A stretch of 62,000 nt of DNA from Octopus vulgaris (Eukaryota): assembly GCA_951406725.2 (NCBI GenBank), contig OX597824.1:32260001-32322000 (forward strand), in the 5' to 3' direction. The notes under the pieces are model-generated. The model saw only the letters and a program-made list of their open reading frames with translations, had not been told where the DNA came from and made no database searches. Position numbers and translations under genes: made by a program. Shown here in pieces: positions 59,643 through 62,000 of the stretch (positions are counted from its first letter, which is position 1; each line of letters begins with the position of its first letter).

Positions 59643-59859
59643 TGTTGTTGATGAAGTCGGTGAGAGACATAATGGTCGCGGTGAAGATGGAGGTCGCTGT
59701 AATGCTGTTGGATGGGTGTTGTCTGGCGGAGTCACTGGAACTGGCTGTGTCATGTGGTCGGTGGCTAAACCTTAGAAGGTCTGGAACCAAAGACCTCGAG
59801 ACAAGGAGAAGCTGAATATTTATAAGTAACAGTAGGCTCAAAATTGGATTGTGAACAGA

Positions 59860-60845
59860 CTGTCGCACGTGATCTTATTTAGGGACTTCGATTGATTAGG
59901 TAGCATATTGGCGTGATAGAGTAAGAGACAAATTGCGCCAATACCAATCAGTCAGAGTCCAAACAGCCGCCAAAGGATCTGCTACGTTCGGATGTATATA
60001 TATATATAATAAAGGAGAGAGGAAGTCCACTAGAATTAGCTACAAACAGCCCCTCTTCCACGAGTCATTTTGTGGGAGACAAAATAGACGATAAAAAGAA
60101 GATATTTTTGTAGCGAAGAGGTGAACAAAGTTGCGTAGCCAGCAAAACTTGATGTGCAAATGTGATGAACCTACGTCCAGCTAAGTGGAAATCACGAGAA
60201 TGCAAAAAAATCAAGGTATCAAGGTACATGAGAGAAGAATATTGGCTGCAATGAGAATGAGCAGTGCCAAGAATTTGCCTGCAAAACAGCGAGTTGTTTG
60301 CAGAGGCAAAGGCTGTAGGTGCTAGAAAAGCGACAGTGACTAACGAAGCTAGTCAAGCCATAAAGATGGTGGCAAAAGAAAGCAGTTCCAACATACAAGA
60401 AACTTGGTGTTGATCAGGCACCAAAGGAAGAAAAAAATGGAACGCCGCGTGATGCAAAGAAAAATGCGTTTATAAGAGGTGGTTTGTGCGTCCTACAAAC
60501 CAGCAAAGAAACGCATGACAAAAACACGTAAGGAGCTTTTATTCTTATTGCCAGATGAAAAAAGGCTGGAGAAAAACATTCTGCTAGAATAAACTTAGAA
60601 ATGCATCGTGTTATTTTGAGTGAATGCGTATGTAGTTTACGCTTAGTGAAATTCGCTCTCTCTCTGTTATATATACATGAATACGGACGTAGTAGATAAC
60701 AGCTAGCCTTCGGCCGCCCTTTTGCACCCTGTTGTGTCCACTACTCTGATTGGTTGGTATTGGTGCACTTTTGTCTCTTGCTCTGTTACGCACCAGTGCG
60801 CAACCCAACCAATCACAGCCTTCTGATTAGGTCACGAGAGACAGT
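59860..60845. mobile_element. Element with long imperfect terminal inverted repeats (~150 bp), family unassigned
   Basis: agagtaagagacaaattgcgccaataccaatcagtcagagt (~59918-59958) mirrors actctgattggttggtattggtgcacttttgtctcttgctct (~60743-60784). Confidence 0.6.
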
Positions 60846-61492
60846 GTCTTCCAAACATTCCGGTGAGCCGATAGTACACTATAAAATACAAGCTTCAACA
60901 CCGTCTTTCATCTTTGGCTGTATCCAACCCAAATATTCTAGCTGTTTTATGTTAAAATTCCCTACAATGTCATTCTAAAAATATACAAACACACTATTGG
61001 AATCTTGAAGCTACAAAATGCATGATTAATTCAAAACAGTGAATAAATAAGCATTGCATTTGACTGAATTATTTGAAATGCCAAAGGTCTAAAGGAGAAA
61101 TTGCTCTTGTCAATGATGTCATCACTGTAAACATCCTGTAGCTTTCTGTGGATGTCAGACAGCCAGCACCTCTATTTTGTCTGTCAATGATGACATGTTG
61201 CTTCTGCTTGGAACTTGTTTTTTGCCTACAATTAAGGAGAACAGAATGAAGAGTTACTGCAGAGGATGAGCATCTGTATCTCTACCAACATGTACAATTT
61301 GAAAGGCCTGTGTGAGTTAATAAACGGTTATGCCTACTTTTGGATTGCTTTCATTTCAAACATCATACATGTGTGTTTGTGTGTGTGTGTGTGTGTAGAC
61401 ACATAAGATGAAATAACTTGCCAAAGTTTAATGCAGTTTCAATTTCTAGATTAAGATAGTTTGGTATTGGATATTCTTCACGTATAGTTTTC

Positions 61493-62000
61493 CTAGTCAA
61501 GTGAATCACCATCGTAAGTGGACATTAGAAATAAATAGACGAAATCCATTCACTTTTATAAAAAGATTAAAAAGAAAATGATGGCAAAATACTCGTTTTT
61601 TCACAATGAAAAATCGTTTCCTAATAACAGGAATTTCGCGACAAAAAGTATGTTTATTAAGCACAACAGCCTGCAGTGCATGCCGTTGGGCATTAAAAGC
61701 CAATCGCACAATCCAGGCCCATACTTTTGCCATCCTGTACAATCTTTTCTTCTTTTCTATACGACACCAAAAGTAAAGAAATCAATTAACCACATGTTTG
61801 TCAATTTTTTTTCACCAAAAACTTAGATTTTTTTCCCCACTTTTGTCATTCTGTAAAAATTCTTTTCTTTACGACATAGAAATTAAGAGAAAAATAGGTT
61901 TTTTCGTTACAACATAACGATTAAATTAATAAAGAGAAAAATATTCTTTTCTAAAGATCTTGCCTGGAACGATCATATCAGATCTTGGAGTAAATTAACA
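61493..62000 (-). repeat. Interspersed repeat sharing a core with the 44109-44462 Helitron
   Basis: ttaagcacaacagcctgcagtgcatgccgttgggcattaaaag is the reverse complement of ~44296-44337. Confidence 0.6.

Noticed and set aside
61126-61162. miR-30-like seed TGTAAACATCC in a small hairpin
   Set aside because: Hairpin is only ~36 nt, the match ends after 11 nt, and miR-30 is a vertebrate family.

Overview
AT-rich, repeat-dense animal genomic DNA. The tRNA-derived SINEs, (TA)n/(CA)n/(TAA)n tracts and intron style suggest an octopus or other coleoid cephalopod (inference). Positions 1-26.6 kb on the minus strand hold the 5' part of EPRS (glutamyl-prolyl-tRNA synthetase). I reconstructed 14 confident coding exons with GT-AG ends and consistent phases (GST-like domain and GluRS catalytic domain), plus a candidate first exon. 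The gene continues beyond position 1. A cluster of ATF4-type CARE/AARE motifs lies just upstream. The stretch from about 27 to 62 kb is mostly mobile-element debris: a decayed autonomous Helitron and non-autonomous Helitrons sharing its 3' hairpin, a near-intact Merlin (IS1595-like) transposase, an R4/Dong-like LINE tail in (TAA)n, an LTR with a tRNA-Leu PBS, mariner fragments, MITEs, foldback elements and many SINEs. The most unusual observations are SINE concatemers that always restart at the same internal base, the CARE cluster, a 130-aa orphan coiled-coil ORF at 49.3 kb, and an apparent CpG-decay boundary at the EPRS promoter. Exon and motif coordinates were read by hand; most repeat boundaries are approximate. 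No database searches were run.
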